The translations under genes and the position numbers were made by a program. A stretch of 64,000 nucleotides of DNA from positions 158,813 to 222,812 of the forward strand of contig JAHHIH010000006.1 of NCBI GenBank assembly GCA_019358835.1, given 5' to 3'. Position 1 is the stretch's first letter, and each line of letters opens with the position of its first letter. This document shows, one piece after another, positions 17,399 to 26,863 of the stretch. The notes under the pieces were generated by a model. That model was not told the origin of the DNA and did no database searches. It saw nothing but the letters and a program-made list of their open reading frames with translations. This stretch comes from Tildeniella torsiva UHER 1998/13D (GTDB lineage: Bacteria; Cyanobacteriota; Cyanobacteriia; Phormidesmidales; Phormidesmidaceae).

Positions 17399-19189
17399 AT
17401 GGTACTGCATTCTAAGCTGCTGCAAAAGAAACCTCCGCTGCTGTTGACCCTGGGTGCGGCCCTGCTCTTTATTGGCGGCGGCGCGTTGACCTTTTGGGCT
17501 ACCTCCCGACGCGGACAGTTGGCAAAGACCTTGCCCGCTGGGGCCAACGCCATTCCGGCCAATGCGCTGGCGGTGGTGGCTCTGAGCAGCGATGAAGCTC
17601 AGTGGCGGCGGCTGCGGCAGTTTGGTACCGCGACCACCCAGGCCCAGTTTGACCAGCTGCTGGTGCAGTGGCGCGATCGCCTGCTGGCCGACCAAGATCT
17701 CAACTTCGCCCGCGACATTCAGCCCTGGGTTGGCCCCGAAATCACCCTGGCGGTGCTGCCTGTGGAAACCGGCCCCAGCGACCTGCCCCCGTCGCTGCCC
17801 GCCCCCGAATTGGCCCTGGCCTCAAACGTGGTGGTGGTGATTCCCATTGCCGATGCCAGTCGCGCCCAAGCTGATCTAGGCGATCGCCTAGGAAAAGCTG
17901 AGGCAGTAGAAGATGCCCCCTACCGTGGCGTTACCCTACAGCAAATCGACGGCGAGGCCGACACCCCCCTCTACGCCGCCGTGCTCGACGCCGAGACGGC
18001 GGTGCTCAGCCCCCAGCTGCCCCTGCTCAAGCGGGCGATCGACACCTATAAGGGGGGCGAGTCGCTGGTCAACCGCCCTGAGGTGGGCAAAGCCTTTGAG
18101 CAAGTGACCGAAACCCAGCCCCTGGCGCGCTTTTATGTGGACGTGCCGGCCCTGGCCCAGACCGTAGCGGCCGCCGCCGATCCGCCCATTGCCCCCGAGC
18201 GGCTGCGGGCGTTTCAGACGCCGCGCGGGCTGGTGGGGGCGATCGCGCTGCGAAGTCGCGGCGTGGCCCTAGAGGGCATCAGCTGGCTCGAACCCGGCTC
18301 CCAAACCTTTGCCACCGGCAACAACGCCGACCAAATGCCCCAGCGGCTGCCCACGGGCGCGCTGATCGCAGTGTCTGGGGGCGACTTTCAGCAATTTTGG
18401 GAAGACTTTGAGACCGGTGAGCAGCTCTCGGCCCTGCTGCCGGTGCAGGCCAGCGATCTGGCCCTGGGGCTCCAGACCGCCACCGGCCTAAGCCTGCAAG
18501 AAAACCTGCTGCCCTGGATGGCCGGGGAATTTGCTCTGGGGGTACTCAACCCGCCCCCCCCGGCTGGCGGCAACAGTGCGCCGCCGCTGCCCAATCCGGC
18601 CCTGGTGCTGATGGTCAAAACCAACGATCGCGAGGCCGCCACCGCCACCTTTGAACAGCTCGACGCCGTCATGGAGAGCCGCTACCGCTTTGCGATCGAG
18701 ACCACGGAGCTGGGCGGCGTGCCCGTCACCCGCTGGACTTCCCCCTTCGACTCGCTGGTGATGGCCCACGGCTGGCTCGACGGCGACATTGCCTTTTTTA
18801 CCCTGGGTCAGGGCATTGCTGAGCAGATAGCCCCAGCCCCCAGCCGCAGCCTGGGCGAAAACGACCTCTTCCAGACCACCACCGGCAACGCACCGCGCCC
18901 CAACAACGGCCACTTTTTTATCAATTTAGAGACCCTCACCGGGGTCGAAAACAACCTGCTGCTGCCGCCCCTGCCCCAGGATGGGCTGCTGAGTTCTGAG
19001 GCCATTGAGGCGATTGGGGTAACGGCGACGGTGCTGAGCGATCGCCAGGTGCGCTACGACATTACGGCGGCACTGAAGCGGGGCGATCGCCCCGGCCCCC
19101 TACCCGGCGGAGCCGAGTCCCAAGCCACTCCAACTCCAGAAAACACCCCCGAGGCGTCTCCTGAAACCGCCCCATCCACTCCTCAGTAG
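17399..19189 (+). CDS. Conserved cyanobacterial hypothetical protein (DUF3352-like), N-terminal TM anchor
   Basis: Single N-terminal TM helix and a long Ala/Leu/Pro-rich ectodomain. The family name is recalled from memory, not verified. Confidence 0.45.
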   Translation: MVLHSKLLQKKPPLLLTLGAALLFIGGGALTFWATSRRGQLAKTLPAGANAIPANALAVVALSSDEAQWRRLRQFGTATTQAQFDQLLVQWRDRLLADQDLNFARDIQPWVGPEITLAVLPVETGPSDLPPSLPAPELALASNVVVVIPIADASRAQADLGDRLGKAEAVEDAPYRGVTLQQIDGEADTPLYAAVLDAETAVLSPQLPLLKRAIDTYKGGESLVNRPEVGKAFEQVTETQPLARFYVDVPALAQTVAAAADPPIAPERLRAFQTPRGLVGAIALRSRGVALEGISWLEPGSQTFATGNNADQMPQRLPTGALIAVSGGDFQQFWEDFETGEQLSALLPVQASDLALGLQTATGLSLQENLLPWMAGEFALGVLNPPPPAGGNSAPPLPNPALVLMVKTNDREAATATFEQLDAVMESRYRFAIETTELGGVPVTRWTSPFDSLVMAHGWLDGDIAFFTLGQGIAEQIAPAPSRSLGENDLFQTTTGNAPRPNNGHFFINLETLTGVENNLLLPPLPQDGLLSSEAIEAIGVTATVLSDRQVRYDITAALKRGDRPGPLPGGAESQATPTPENTPEASPETAPSTPQ

Positions 19190-19262
19190 CTCTCACCACC
19201 GCCTCAACCATTCAACCCGCAAAAGTCGGCCCAAAAAATCGGTACGATAGGAGAGACTCCTC

Positions 19263-20258
19263 ATGGCTACCGAAATGGATTTGATTGCGCTCCAGGGCTG
19301 GCTTGACAACGCATCCTTTGCGGTGCTGTTTGCGGCAATGCTGCTCTACTGGTGCGGCGTGGCGTTTCCCAAGGCCAGTGTGCTGCCGTCGTTGGGCACC
19401 GCCGCCATGGCTGTGGGCAACCTTACCATCGCCGCCCTGCTCGGTGCCCGGTGGATTGAGGGGGGCTATTTCCCCATGAGCAATCTCTACGAGTCGCTGT
19501 TTGCCCTAGCCTGGGGCATTACTGCCATGCACCTGGTGGCCGAGCGCATGAGTCGCAGTTCCTTGGTGGGGGCCGTCACCGCACCCATTGCCATGGCGAT
19601 CGCCGCCTTTGCCACCCTGACCCTGCCCGACACCATGCAGGGTTCAGAGCCCCTGGTGCCTGCCCTCAAGTCGAACTGGTTGATGATGCACGTCAGCGTC
19701 ATGCTGCTGAGCTATGCGGCGCTGCTGGTCGGGGCTTTGCTGGCGATCGCATTCCTCCTTGTCACCCGAGGCCAGGCCGTCGAACTCAAAGGCAGCTCCG
19801 TCGGTACAGGCGGCTTTCGCAACGTCAAGCTGCGCCGAGCTGAGAATGCCGCTGAAAACGCTTCGGTCATGACAATGTCCACCGGGGGGGCAGCGGTGCT
19901 CGAAAAACCCGCTACCGTCACCCTCTCACCCCAGCGGCTCACCCTGGCCGACACCCTCGACAACATCAGCTACCGCATGATTGGCCTGGGCTTTCCGCTG
20001 CTCACCATTGGCATCATCGCCGGGGCGGTGTGGGCCAACGAAGCCTGGGGCTCCTACTGGAGCTGGGACCCCAAAGAAACCTGGGCATTAATTACCTGGC
20101 TGGTGTTTGCCGCCTACCTCCACGCCCGCATCACCAAGGGCTGGCAGGGGCGGCGTCCCGCCATCCTTGCCGCCACGGGGTTTGTGGTGGTATGGGTGTG
20201 CTACCTGGGGGTAAATATTCTCGGCAAGGGGCTGCACAGCTACGGCTGGTTTTTCTAG
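19263..20258 (+). CDS. ccsA: Cytochrome c biogenesis protein CcsA (System II haem-handling)
   Basis: Trp-rich haem-binding motif [18 protein letters not shown], flanking His residues and multiple TM helices. Confidence 0.9.
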   Translation: MATEMDLIALQGWLDNASFAVLFAAMLLYWCGVAFPKASVLPSLGTAAMAVGNLTIAALLGARWIEGGYFPMSNLYESLFALAWGITAMHLVAERMSRSSLVGAVTAPIAMAIAAFATLTLPDTMQGSEPLVPALKSNWLMMHVSVMLLSYAALLVGALLAIAFLLVTRGQAVELKGSSVGTGGFRNVKLRRAENAAENASVMTMSTGGAAVLEKPATVTLSPQRLTLADTLDNISYRMIGLGFPLLTIGIIAGAVWANEAWGSYWSWDPKETWALITWLVFAAYLHARITKGWQGRRPAILAATGFVVVWVCYLGVNILGKGLHSYGWFF

Positions 20259-20512
20259 GGTCGCCTAGGGACAAATTTGCCGTCGCGGCTCTTCAGCAGA
20301 TCGTTAATTTGAGCGCATCGTAATCGGGGTATACCGCTGATTTGGGACATTTCTAGAGCGTGTATCTCTGCGTTTTGGATCCCAATGCCGCGGTCAAATG
20401 GGGTTCACGATTGGCGCGGTTGTAGACTAGGCTGGGCAACTGAGGTTGTCAGAATGCTAAAACAACCCAGGGGCAAACCTGTCCCGCTCTGTCGTTGCGA
20501 TCGCGTTCTTCT

Positions 20513-22345
20513 ATGCCCAAACCAACACCCCAACCGACGACTAGGTCTAGCCGTCCCCAACGGTGGATGCGGGCGCTAATGGCGCTGCTGCTGGGGTTAC
20601 TGCTCACCCTAGGCTGGGGTCTATCTCCAGCGGCAGCTCAAATTTCTAACCCCTTCGGCGGCAACAGCACTCTCCCCCCAGCCGGGGTCCAACGCATTGG
20701 CCTCCTCGAAACGACAACCGTTGCCCTCGACGGTACGCCTCTCTTCGACATTGCCTCCCCGGCAGTGTTTAACCGCAACGAATCGGGGGCGGAGGTGCCC
20801 GTTGAGGTGCGCGCCCGGCAGATCGAGACCAATCTCAACCAGGTGGTCAACCGCACCCTGGCGCTCGTCTACGACGATGAGACCGTCGATAGCTCATCTC
20901 TCGACATCACCATTGAAACCATCAGCGGCCAGCCGGTGCTGTTTGCCGTCGGGGCCGGCCTAGCCGACCCGAGAGTGCTGCTTACCATTACCGACACCGA
21001 CGCTCAGTACAATGGCGTCTCGCAAATCGACTTAGCCGAACGCTGGCAGGCCGTGCTGCGCGACTCACTGCGGCAGGCGGTTGACAGTCGCCTGCCCGAA
21101 GCTCGCCAGCGGCAGATTCGCCGCACCCTCTGGATTTTGCTCGCCAGCGTGCTGCTAACCCTACTTCTCACTGGCGTTTGGCGAGTGCTGGGCTGGCGCA
21201 AAAGCGAGCTTGAGCAAAAGCAAACTGACCAAAATAACCTCCCCATTCCCCCCGGAGCCAATGTCCCCGAGCAACATCTCTTGCAGGTGTTTAGCTACCA
21301 GCTCACCCTGGCCCAGAGGCTTCAGGCCGTAGCCTTTTTTCGCTGGCTGGTATTCTGGGGCATCGCCTTTGTGTGGATTACGGGCATCGCCAGCGGACTC
21401 TACATTTTTCCGCAGACCCGCAGCTATGCCTTTGGGCTGTTCTCGATACCGGTGCTGCTGCTGCTGACCTGGTTTTTTGCTGGGCTGCTCAACCGACTGG
21501 CCAACCTGGGTATTGAGCGGGTAGCTCAAGCCTGGAACAAAAATGAGCTGGGCGACCTGGACGATATCCAGCGCAAAACCATGCGCATTTCGACCATTAC
21601 CGGTGCGCTCAAGGGGCTCAAGACCATCGTTATTTACGCCCTGGCGACCCTGCTGGTGCTACAAACCCTGAGAATTGCCCCGGCCTCGCTACTAGCCTTT
21701 GGGGCGGTGGCGGCCTTGGCTCTTTCTTTTGCTGCCCAGAGCTTGGTCAAAGACCTGGTCAACGGCTTTTTAATTTTGCTGGAAGACCAGTACGCCATTG
21801 GCGATCTAGTCAGCACTGGCACCACCACCGGCATTGTCGAAAATCTCAACCTGCGCATTACCCAAATTCGGGGCGAAGATGGTCGCCTGGTGACCCTGCC
21901 CAACAGCCTCATCGCCCAGGTCGAAAACCTTAGCCGCAGCTGGTCGCGGGCCAATATTCTAATTGACGTGGCCTATGGCACCAACGTCGATGAAGCCCTC
22001 TGGGTCTTACATGAGACCGCCCAGATTATGGCCAGTGACCCCGAGTGGCGCTACGCCATTCTCAACCCGGTCGAAATGCTGGGGGTTGAGAGCATGACCC
22101 ACGCGGGCCTCACTCTTTTGATTTGGATCCGCACCCGGCCCCTCAAGCAGTTTTTGGTGGCGCGTGAATTTCGCCGCCGCCTGCGCATCGCCTTTGACAA
22201 GGCGGGCATTGCCATCGGGATACCGCAGCAGGCGTTTACGGAGCTACCCAGCGGCATTGAGCCCCATAGCCATGAACACCATAACCACAACGGTGATGCC
22301 GCCCACAACAAAAACGCAAAAAGCGGGGCTATTGAACCCCGCTAA
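20513..22345 (+). CDS. MscS-family mechanosensitive ion channel with a large N-terminal extension
   Basis: MscS pore and beta-domain signature ...LVKDLVNGFLILLEDQYAIGDLV...GIVENLNLRITQIRGEDGRLVTLPNS.... ATG at 20513. Confidence 0.85.
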   Translation: MPKPTPQPTTRSSRPQRWMRALMALLLGLLLTLGWGLSPAAAQISNPFGGNSTLPPAGVQRIGLLETTTVALDGTPLFDIASPAVFNRNESGAEVPVEVRARQIETNLNQVVNRTLALVYDDETVDSSSLDITIETISGQPVLFAVGAGLADPRVLLTITDTDAQYNGVSQIDLAERWQAVLRDSLRQAVDSRLPEARQRQIRRTLWILLASVLLTLLLTGVWRVLGWRKSELEQKQTDQNNLPIPPGANVPEQHLLQVFSYQLTLAQRLQAVAFFRWLVFWGIAFVWITGIASGLYIFPQTRSYAFGLFSIPVLLLLTWFFAGLLNRLANLGIERVAQAWNKNELGDLDDIQRKTMRISTITGALKGLKTIVIYALATLLVLQTLRIAPASLLAFGAVAALALSFAAQSLVKDLVNGFLILLEDQYAIGDLVSTGTTTGIVENLNLRITQIRGEDGRLVTLPNSLIAQVENLSRSWSRANILIDVAYGTNVDEALWVLHETAQIMASDPEWRYAILNPVEMLGVESMTHAGLTLLIWIRTRPLKQFLVAREFRRRLRIAFDKAGIAIGIPQQAFTELPSGIEPHSHEHHNHNGDAAHNKNAKSGAIEPR

Positions 22346-22397
22346 CGGTTGGATAAGCTTCAAAGTTTGCTGAACGGAGGGTGCAATATCCGTTCCG

Positions 22398-22435
22398 GGA
22401 GGCGGCGATGCAAGGTTGGTCGCGATCGCCGCCTC
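22398..22435. terminator. 12-bp GC-rich hairpin (GGAGGCGGCGAT / ATCGCCGCCTCC) between convergent genes
   Basis: Read directly. Lies between the MscS stop (22345) and the response-regulator stop (22447). Confidence 0.55.
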
Positions 22436-22446
22436 CCTAACTCGCT

Positions 22447-23013
22447 CTACTTCAGCTTTTGCTTGATGTAGGCCAGCATCTTGCCTAGCTGGCCTTTGAG
22501 CTGGGCCACCTCGCCTTGCAGCTGGGTCACCTGAGCCTGGAGAGCCTGGAATTCGGCAGCGCTCACATCGCCGCCGCCACCAGGTGAGGCAGCGGCAGGG
22601 ACGGCGGCAGGGGCCGTCATTGGCGTGCGACGCGGCTTGCGGGCCTTGACCATCGACGCCTTGATGGCTTCGATTAGTTCTTTTTGCTCGAAGGGCTTTT
22701 GAATAAACTCGAAGTACTCAAAGGGCTCGGTAATTTTTTCGGTAACTTCTTCTTTGCGGCCCGACATCAGCACCAGGGGAATATTCTGGAGGTCTGGGTT
22801 CGCCTGGATTTCTTGGAAGACTTCCCAGCCGCTCATGCGGGGCAGCAAGAAGTCGAGCATGATCAGGTTGGGGCGCTGGCTGCGAATGGCATCCATGCCT
22901 TCTACACCATCTTGGGCTTCAATGACTTCAAAATTGCCCTGGGGAAGCATGTCGCGCACCCGCATGCGAATCACCCGGCTATCATCGATGACCAAAATCC
23001 TATGATTTGCCAC
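22447..23013 (-). CDS. Single-domain response regulator (CheY-like receiver) with a C-terminal coiled-coil tail
   Basis: ILVIDDS...LIMLDFLLPRMSG...PLVLMSG...KPF receiver motifs. C-terminal heptad-like QALQAQVTQLQGEVAQLKGQL. GTG start. Confidence 0.85.
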   Translation of the reverse strand: MANHRILVIDDSRVIRMRVRDMLPQGNFEVIEAQDGVEGMDAIRSQRPNLIMLDFLLPRMSGWEVFQEIQANPDLQNIPLVLMSGRKEEVTEKITEPFEYFEFIQKPFEQKELIEAIKASMVKARKPRRTPMTAPAAVPAAASPGGGGDVSAAEFQALQAQVTQLQGEVAQLKGQLGKMLAYIKQKLK

Positions 23014-23237
23014 AGTTGATTCCTCTCGCGGTGTCGAAGGCCATGGTAGGCGGTGCCATTAAGTATAGTTCAGGTTTCCGGAAAGTCTGTGCTGGGGCTG
23101 AAGAATATAGCTACAGCCAAATGTGGGGGTTTGAATACCCCGTCACCGCCCAGCCCGCTTCGGCCCAGAACTGGCTATAGTATGCCCCCGCCAGGGCTAA
23201 AAACTGACAGCTACTGACTAGAAGTGCCCGGTTAAAT

Positions 23238-25151
23238 TCAGTCACCCTCAGCCTTTGGGGAGATCTCTGGAGCAAGCAGCAGATGGGCCGCCTGCTTCAC
23301 TTGGTCATAGGGGCTAGGGCTGGGGGCCAGCGCGGACAGCCGCACCACACACTGGTGGGGAAATAGCTCAGCGGGTAAATCGCTGCCGACTTGGTAGCGG
23401 TTGTGGACGATGTAGCGCTGGGCAATGCCGCGATCGCCCAGGGTGTGGTTCAGCCGACTGGCCTCGGCCAAGATCGCCGACTGGTTTTGCACCACGCCAA
23501 TAAACTCGGTGTGCTGGGGATCTTTGAGCTTGTCTTGGGCCGCCAGCACCCGCTGGCGCAGGGTGCGCAGACGGCCCATAAACTCCACCCGACCCACCAC
23601 GTCTTTGTACTTAATCCAAAGCTTAAAGATCCACCCCAGCCAGTCTCCCAGGGCAGTGGGCATCTCTAGAAACCGCAGCAGGTGGCCGGTGGGGGCGGTG
23701 TCGAGCACAATTAGCTGCTGCTCGTTGCGCTCCAGCAAATCCATGACGGTAATCAGCGACAGCATTTCGTCGATGCCGGGCAGGGCCTGGGCTACGATCT
23801 GCCGCCAGGCGGCGGGGCCGTAGGCCATCTGAATGCCGCTGGCAATGTCGCCATCGCCCGCCATCATTTCGGCCAGTTCCCACAGGTAGTCGGTGCGAAA
23901 CTGGTCGAGCACCATATCGGCACTGACTTCCTGGGCCTGGAGGTTAGGCCGCAGCAGGGTGGGTTCGTGGCCGAGGGGCTGGCCAAAGGCATCACCCAGG
24001 GAGTGGGCTGGGTCGATGGACATCACCCGCAGGTTGGCCTCGGCATGGCGCTCGGCCAGCCCCCAGCTCAGGGCTGCCGACACGGTGGTTTTGCCCACGC
24101 CACCCTTGCCGCCCACCACTATCAGCCGTCGGCCTGCTGAGATCAGGTCTTCCACGCCAGGGGAAATCGGCTGCGGCCACTGGAGTACGGGGGAGATCTC
24201 AGCGGCAGGATCGGCTTGGGTCTGCGCTGAGGTCAGAGGCATGAGCTGGGGCATGAGGGCATCAAGGGCGACGCCGCCCAGGGGTTCCTGGGTTTGGGCG
24301 GGTACCCACAGCACTGGCTGCCCCTGGGCGATCGCCCCAAACTCGGCCAGCACCCGGCGGTGAGTATCGTCGATGTGGCCTGATTCCTGAAGTACACGGT
24401 TGATCACGAGGCCTCCCAGAGGGACTCCCAACCTTCCTAGGGCAGTGATGAAGCGATCGCTCTCGGCCCAGCTCATCGGCTCAGGAATGCCAATTACCCA
24501 GCAGGCCGCGCGATCGCTATCTTGAATCAGCGCCCGCCCCTGCTCTAAATCGTGGCGCATGTCGGCGATGAACTGGTCAGCGCGATCGGGGGTGTAGCGA
24601 CCCGCCAGGGTTTCGGTCAGGGTGCGGTGCTTTTGCTGAAACTGCCCCAGCGCTTCTAGCAAGGTATCGAGAAAATCCATCAGGGCGAACAGGCTGAGGG
24701 TGTGGCCGCTGGGGGCCATATCGACGACGACGCGATCGGCTTCGCGATCGCGCAAAATTCGCTGAATTTCCAGCAGGGCCATCAGCTCATCGAGGCCGGG
24801 CCAGCCCATGTCCCACACGGGGCTGAGGTCATCCCCTTCCACAAAGCTGCCCCGCTCAACCAGCAGTTCCAGCACGGTGCCGTAGTCGGCCCGAAACTGC
24901 TCTAGCAGCAGCGCCGCATCCAGGGCACGCACCTGCACGTTGGGTAGATCGGGTAAGGAGGTGGGCGTGTTGTCCACCGCTAGCTGCAATACATCCCCCA
25001 GGGAGTGAGCCGGGTCGGTGGAGAGCAACAGCACCGTTTCCTTGGGGTGCTGCTGGGCTAGCTGCCGCGCAAACCCGCAGGAAAGCGTAGTTTTGCCCAC
25101 GCCGCCCTTGCCGCTAACCATAAACAATTGATGGGGCGATGATGTCAGCAT
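23238..25151 (-). CDS. ArsA/GET3-family ATPase, tandem (pseudo-dimeric) two-domain form
   Basis: Two P-loops (GKGGVGKTT x2), two DPAHSL motifs and switch II DTAPTGH in the second half (DMAPSGH in the first). Confidence 0.85.
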   Translation of the reverse strand: MLTSSPHQLFMVSGKGGVGKTTLSCGFARQLAQQHPKETVLLLSTDPAHSLGDVLQLAVDNTPTSLPDLPNVQVRALDAALLLEQFRADYGTVLELLVERGSFVEGDDLSPVWDMGWPGLDELMALLEIQRILRDREADRVVVDMAPSGHTLSLFALMDFLDTLLEALGQFQQKHRTLTETLAGRYTPDRADQFIADMRHDLEQGRALIQDSDRAACWVIGIPEPMSWAESDRFITALGRLGVPLGGLVINRVLQESGHIDDTHRRVLAEFGAIAQGQPVLWVPAQTQEPLGGVALDALMPQLMPLTSAQTQADPAAEISPVLQWPQPISPGVEDLISAGRRLIVVGGKGGVGKTTVSAALSWGLAERHAEANLRVMSIDPAHSLGDAFGQPLGHEPTLLRPNLQAQEVSADMVLDQFRTDYLWELAEMMAGDGDIASGIQMAYGPAAWRQIVAQALPGIDEMLSLITVMDLLERNEQQLIVLDTAPTGHLLRFLEMPTALGDWLGWIFKLWIKYKDVVGRVEFMGRLRTLRQRVLAAQDKLKDPQHTEFIGVVQNQSAILAEASRLNHTLGDRGIAQRYIVHNRYQVGSDLPAELFPHQCVVRLSALAPSPSPYDQVKQAAHLLLAPEISPKAEGD

Positions 25152-25346
25152 TGGCCAACCTTACAGACTGCTGAGCCTAGGGTGCCCAGAGCTATCCACC
25201 AACGCTGGCCGCAGCATGAAACTTAAGGCCGTGGGTTGGGACGAGCTTCTCCTTACAGGGAAAACAAACGTTTGCCCTACGGGAATGACGGCTCAAAGGG
25301 AGATTTTCTCGGGGCGAAATTCCTCCATCTCTACCCATTCCCCGGT

Positions 25347-25937
25347 CTACCGCACTGGGTTCTCGGGGCCGCGTCCGCGATAGGTGTCGATAAAGGTGGC
25401 AGCAGCTTCTGGCTCAAATTCGGGCAAAATCAGCTTCTTTGTCCAGGCGGTGAGCACGACTTCTGCGCCTAGCCCGGCCTTGGGCACTACCACCAGCCCA
25501 TCCCAAAGGCCTGGAAAGTCGCTGGCCCAGGCCGTGAGCGCGTCCATCGCAGCTTGGCCAGGCTGGTCAACATAGATCACGATATTGCCGTGCTCGATAG
25601 AGTGCACCAGCTGCTCTAGCCGCTGTTCCTGGTTATACACTCCGGGCAGCACGGGATTGGGGTCGTGGGGGCCAGAGGTGGGGAAGTCGCTGTCGTAGTT
25701 GACCGCCTGACCGGGGCTCACGTGGGCCTGCCCCTGGTCAGGAAAGGTTTCGATCGCCGCCATTGCCGCCTCACCAACGGTGGTATTGGGCTCAAAGGCC
25801 ACCGATTGGGGGCGGTTGCGGTACCACAGCCCGCCAAGCAGGGCGACCATGAGCGCCGCTATACCCAAGGGGCCAAGGATCAGCGAAAGCGCATTAGAAG
25901 AGGTACGGCGGCGCTTAGATCGTGCAGTCCGAGTCAT
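25347..25937 (-). CDS. DUF3105-like membrane-anchored protein
   Basis: N-terminal TM helix; conserved H...Y...P.SGPH ... LVHSIEHGNIVIYV pattern recalled for DUF3105. ATG at 25937. Confidence 0.55.
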   Translation of the reverse strand: MTRTARSKRRRTSSNALSLILGPLGIAALMVALLGGLWYRNRPQSVAFEPNTTVGEAAMAAIETFPDQGQAHVSPGQAVNYDSDFPTSGPHDPNPVLPGVYNQEQRLEQLVHSIEHGNIVIYVDQPGQAAMDALTAWASDFPGLWDGLVVVPKAGLGAEVVLTAWTKKLILPEFEPEAAATFIDTYRGRGPENPVR

Positions 25938-26077
25938 AAATCTCAACGCAAACTATCAACAGAGGTCTCGTTGACCAGTGTAGCGACGGCAGGCTGTGGG
26001 TGGGTTAGGGGTTACGGCTAAATTGCCAATAGCAGATAGCCGTTTTCGCCGGAGGAAAGTGATCGGTGAGGGGAAGC

Positions 26078-26107
26078 CTAGACCCTCTAGGGGGCTAGAG
26101 AGTCTAG
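26078..26107. promoter_or_regulatory. 13-nt inverted repeat CTAGACCCTCTAG-gggg-CTAGAGAGTCTAG; candidate MerR operator
   Basis: Read directly, one mismatch. Lies 30 nt upstream of the merR-family ATG, in the divergent intergenic region shared with the DUF3105 gene. Confidence 0.5.
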
Positions 26108-26136
26108 GATGGGAATGTCTATATCGGAGGCTCACT

Positions 26137-26559
26137 ATGACTGTGGCAACCCGGCTAAAGATTGGCGATGTGGCGAAGCAAACTGGCGTTGCGGTAGGGG
26201 CACTGCGCTACTACGAAAGCCTAGGTTTGCTCAGCTCTGAACGGGGCGACAACAGCTACCGCTACTATTCACCTGAGGCCGTGCATCAGGTGCAGTTTAT
26301 TAAAAAAGCCCAGGCGCTGGGCTTTTCTCTGGAGGATGTGGGGGATGTGCTCAACGTGCATCAGCGGGGAGATGTGCCCTGTGGATTTGTGCGATCGCTC
26401 CTCCAAGGCAAAATTCAGCAGCTAGAAGACCAGATCCAGCAGATGACGGCGTTTAAGGCTGATTTAGAGGACTATCGCGATCGCTGGGCCGAGTCGCAGC
26501 CCCGTCCGCAGCCAGGGGATATTTGCCCCCTGATTGAAACCGTGCCGCTGACGGCGTAG
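26137..26559 (+). CDS. MerR-family transcriptional regulator (metal-responsive subtype likely)
   Basis: HTH ...LKIGDVAKQTGVAVGALRYYESLGLL.... Cys in DVPCGFV and a CueR-like C-terminal ...GDICPLIE. ATG at 26137 preceded by GGAGG. Confidence 0.85.
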   Translation: MTVATRLKIGDVAKQTGVAVGALRYYESLGLLSSERGDNSYRYYSPEAVHQVQFIKKAQALGFSLEDVGDVLNVHQRGDVPCGFVRSLLQGKIQQLEDQIQQMTAFKADLEDYRDRWAESQPRPQPGDICPLIETVPLTA

Positions 26560-26672
26560 CCCCTATCCGCAACCTATATTCGCCCCAGCCGATGGGGTTT
26601 GATGCTGTGAGCTAAAATGAAAAACTAGATCAATCTTCGGTAGATCGAAAACAACCTCTCCTAACGAGATCT

Positions 26673-26775
26673 AGCCCTCACCCTAAATCCCTCTCCCAAT
26701 CTGGGAGGGACTTTGAAAGGTTTTCCGGCTCCCCTCTCCTTCCTGGGAGAGGGGCTGGGGGTCAGGGTTAGCGGG
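26673..26775. repeat. Two copies, in opposite orientation, of a short hairpin repeat (CCCTCTCCCA..TGGGAGGG and CCCCTCTCC..GGAGAGGGG, with CCCTCACCC/GGGGTCAGGG flanks)
   Basis: Read directly. It resembles the small dispersed palindromic repeats common in cyanobacterial intergenic DNA. Confidence 0.6.
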
Positions 26776-26863
26776 GACTTTGCGATCTACTGATCCTGGG
26801 TTTCTGGGATGCGATCAAGATAGATTCGGTTCTCACTGGCGGTTTAGGCGCAGCATTTTGGCC

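Noticed and set aside
17201-17695. A 164-aa minus-strand ORF overlapping the start of the DUF3352-like gene.
   Set aside because: It is a Gln/Arg/Gly-rich off-frame product and is antisense to a gene with a clear TM anchor and good ATG context.
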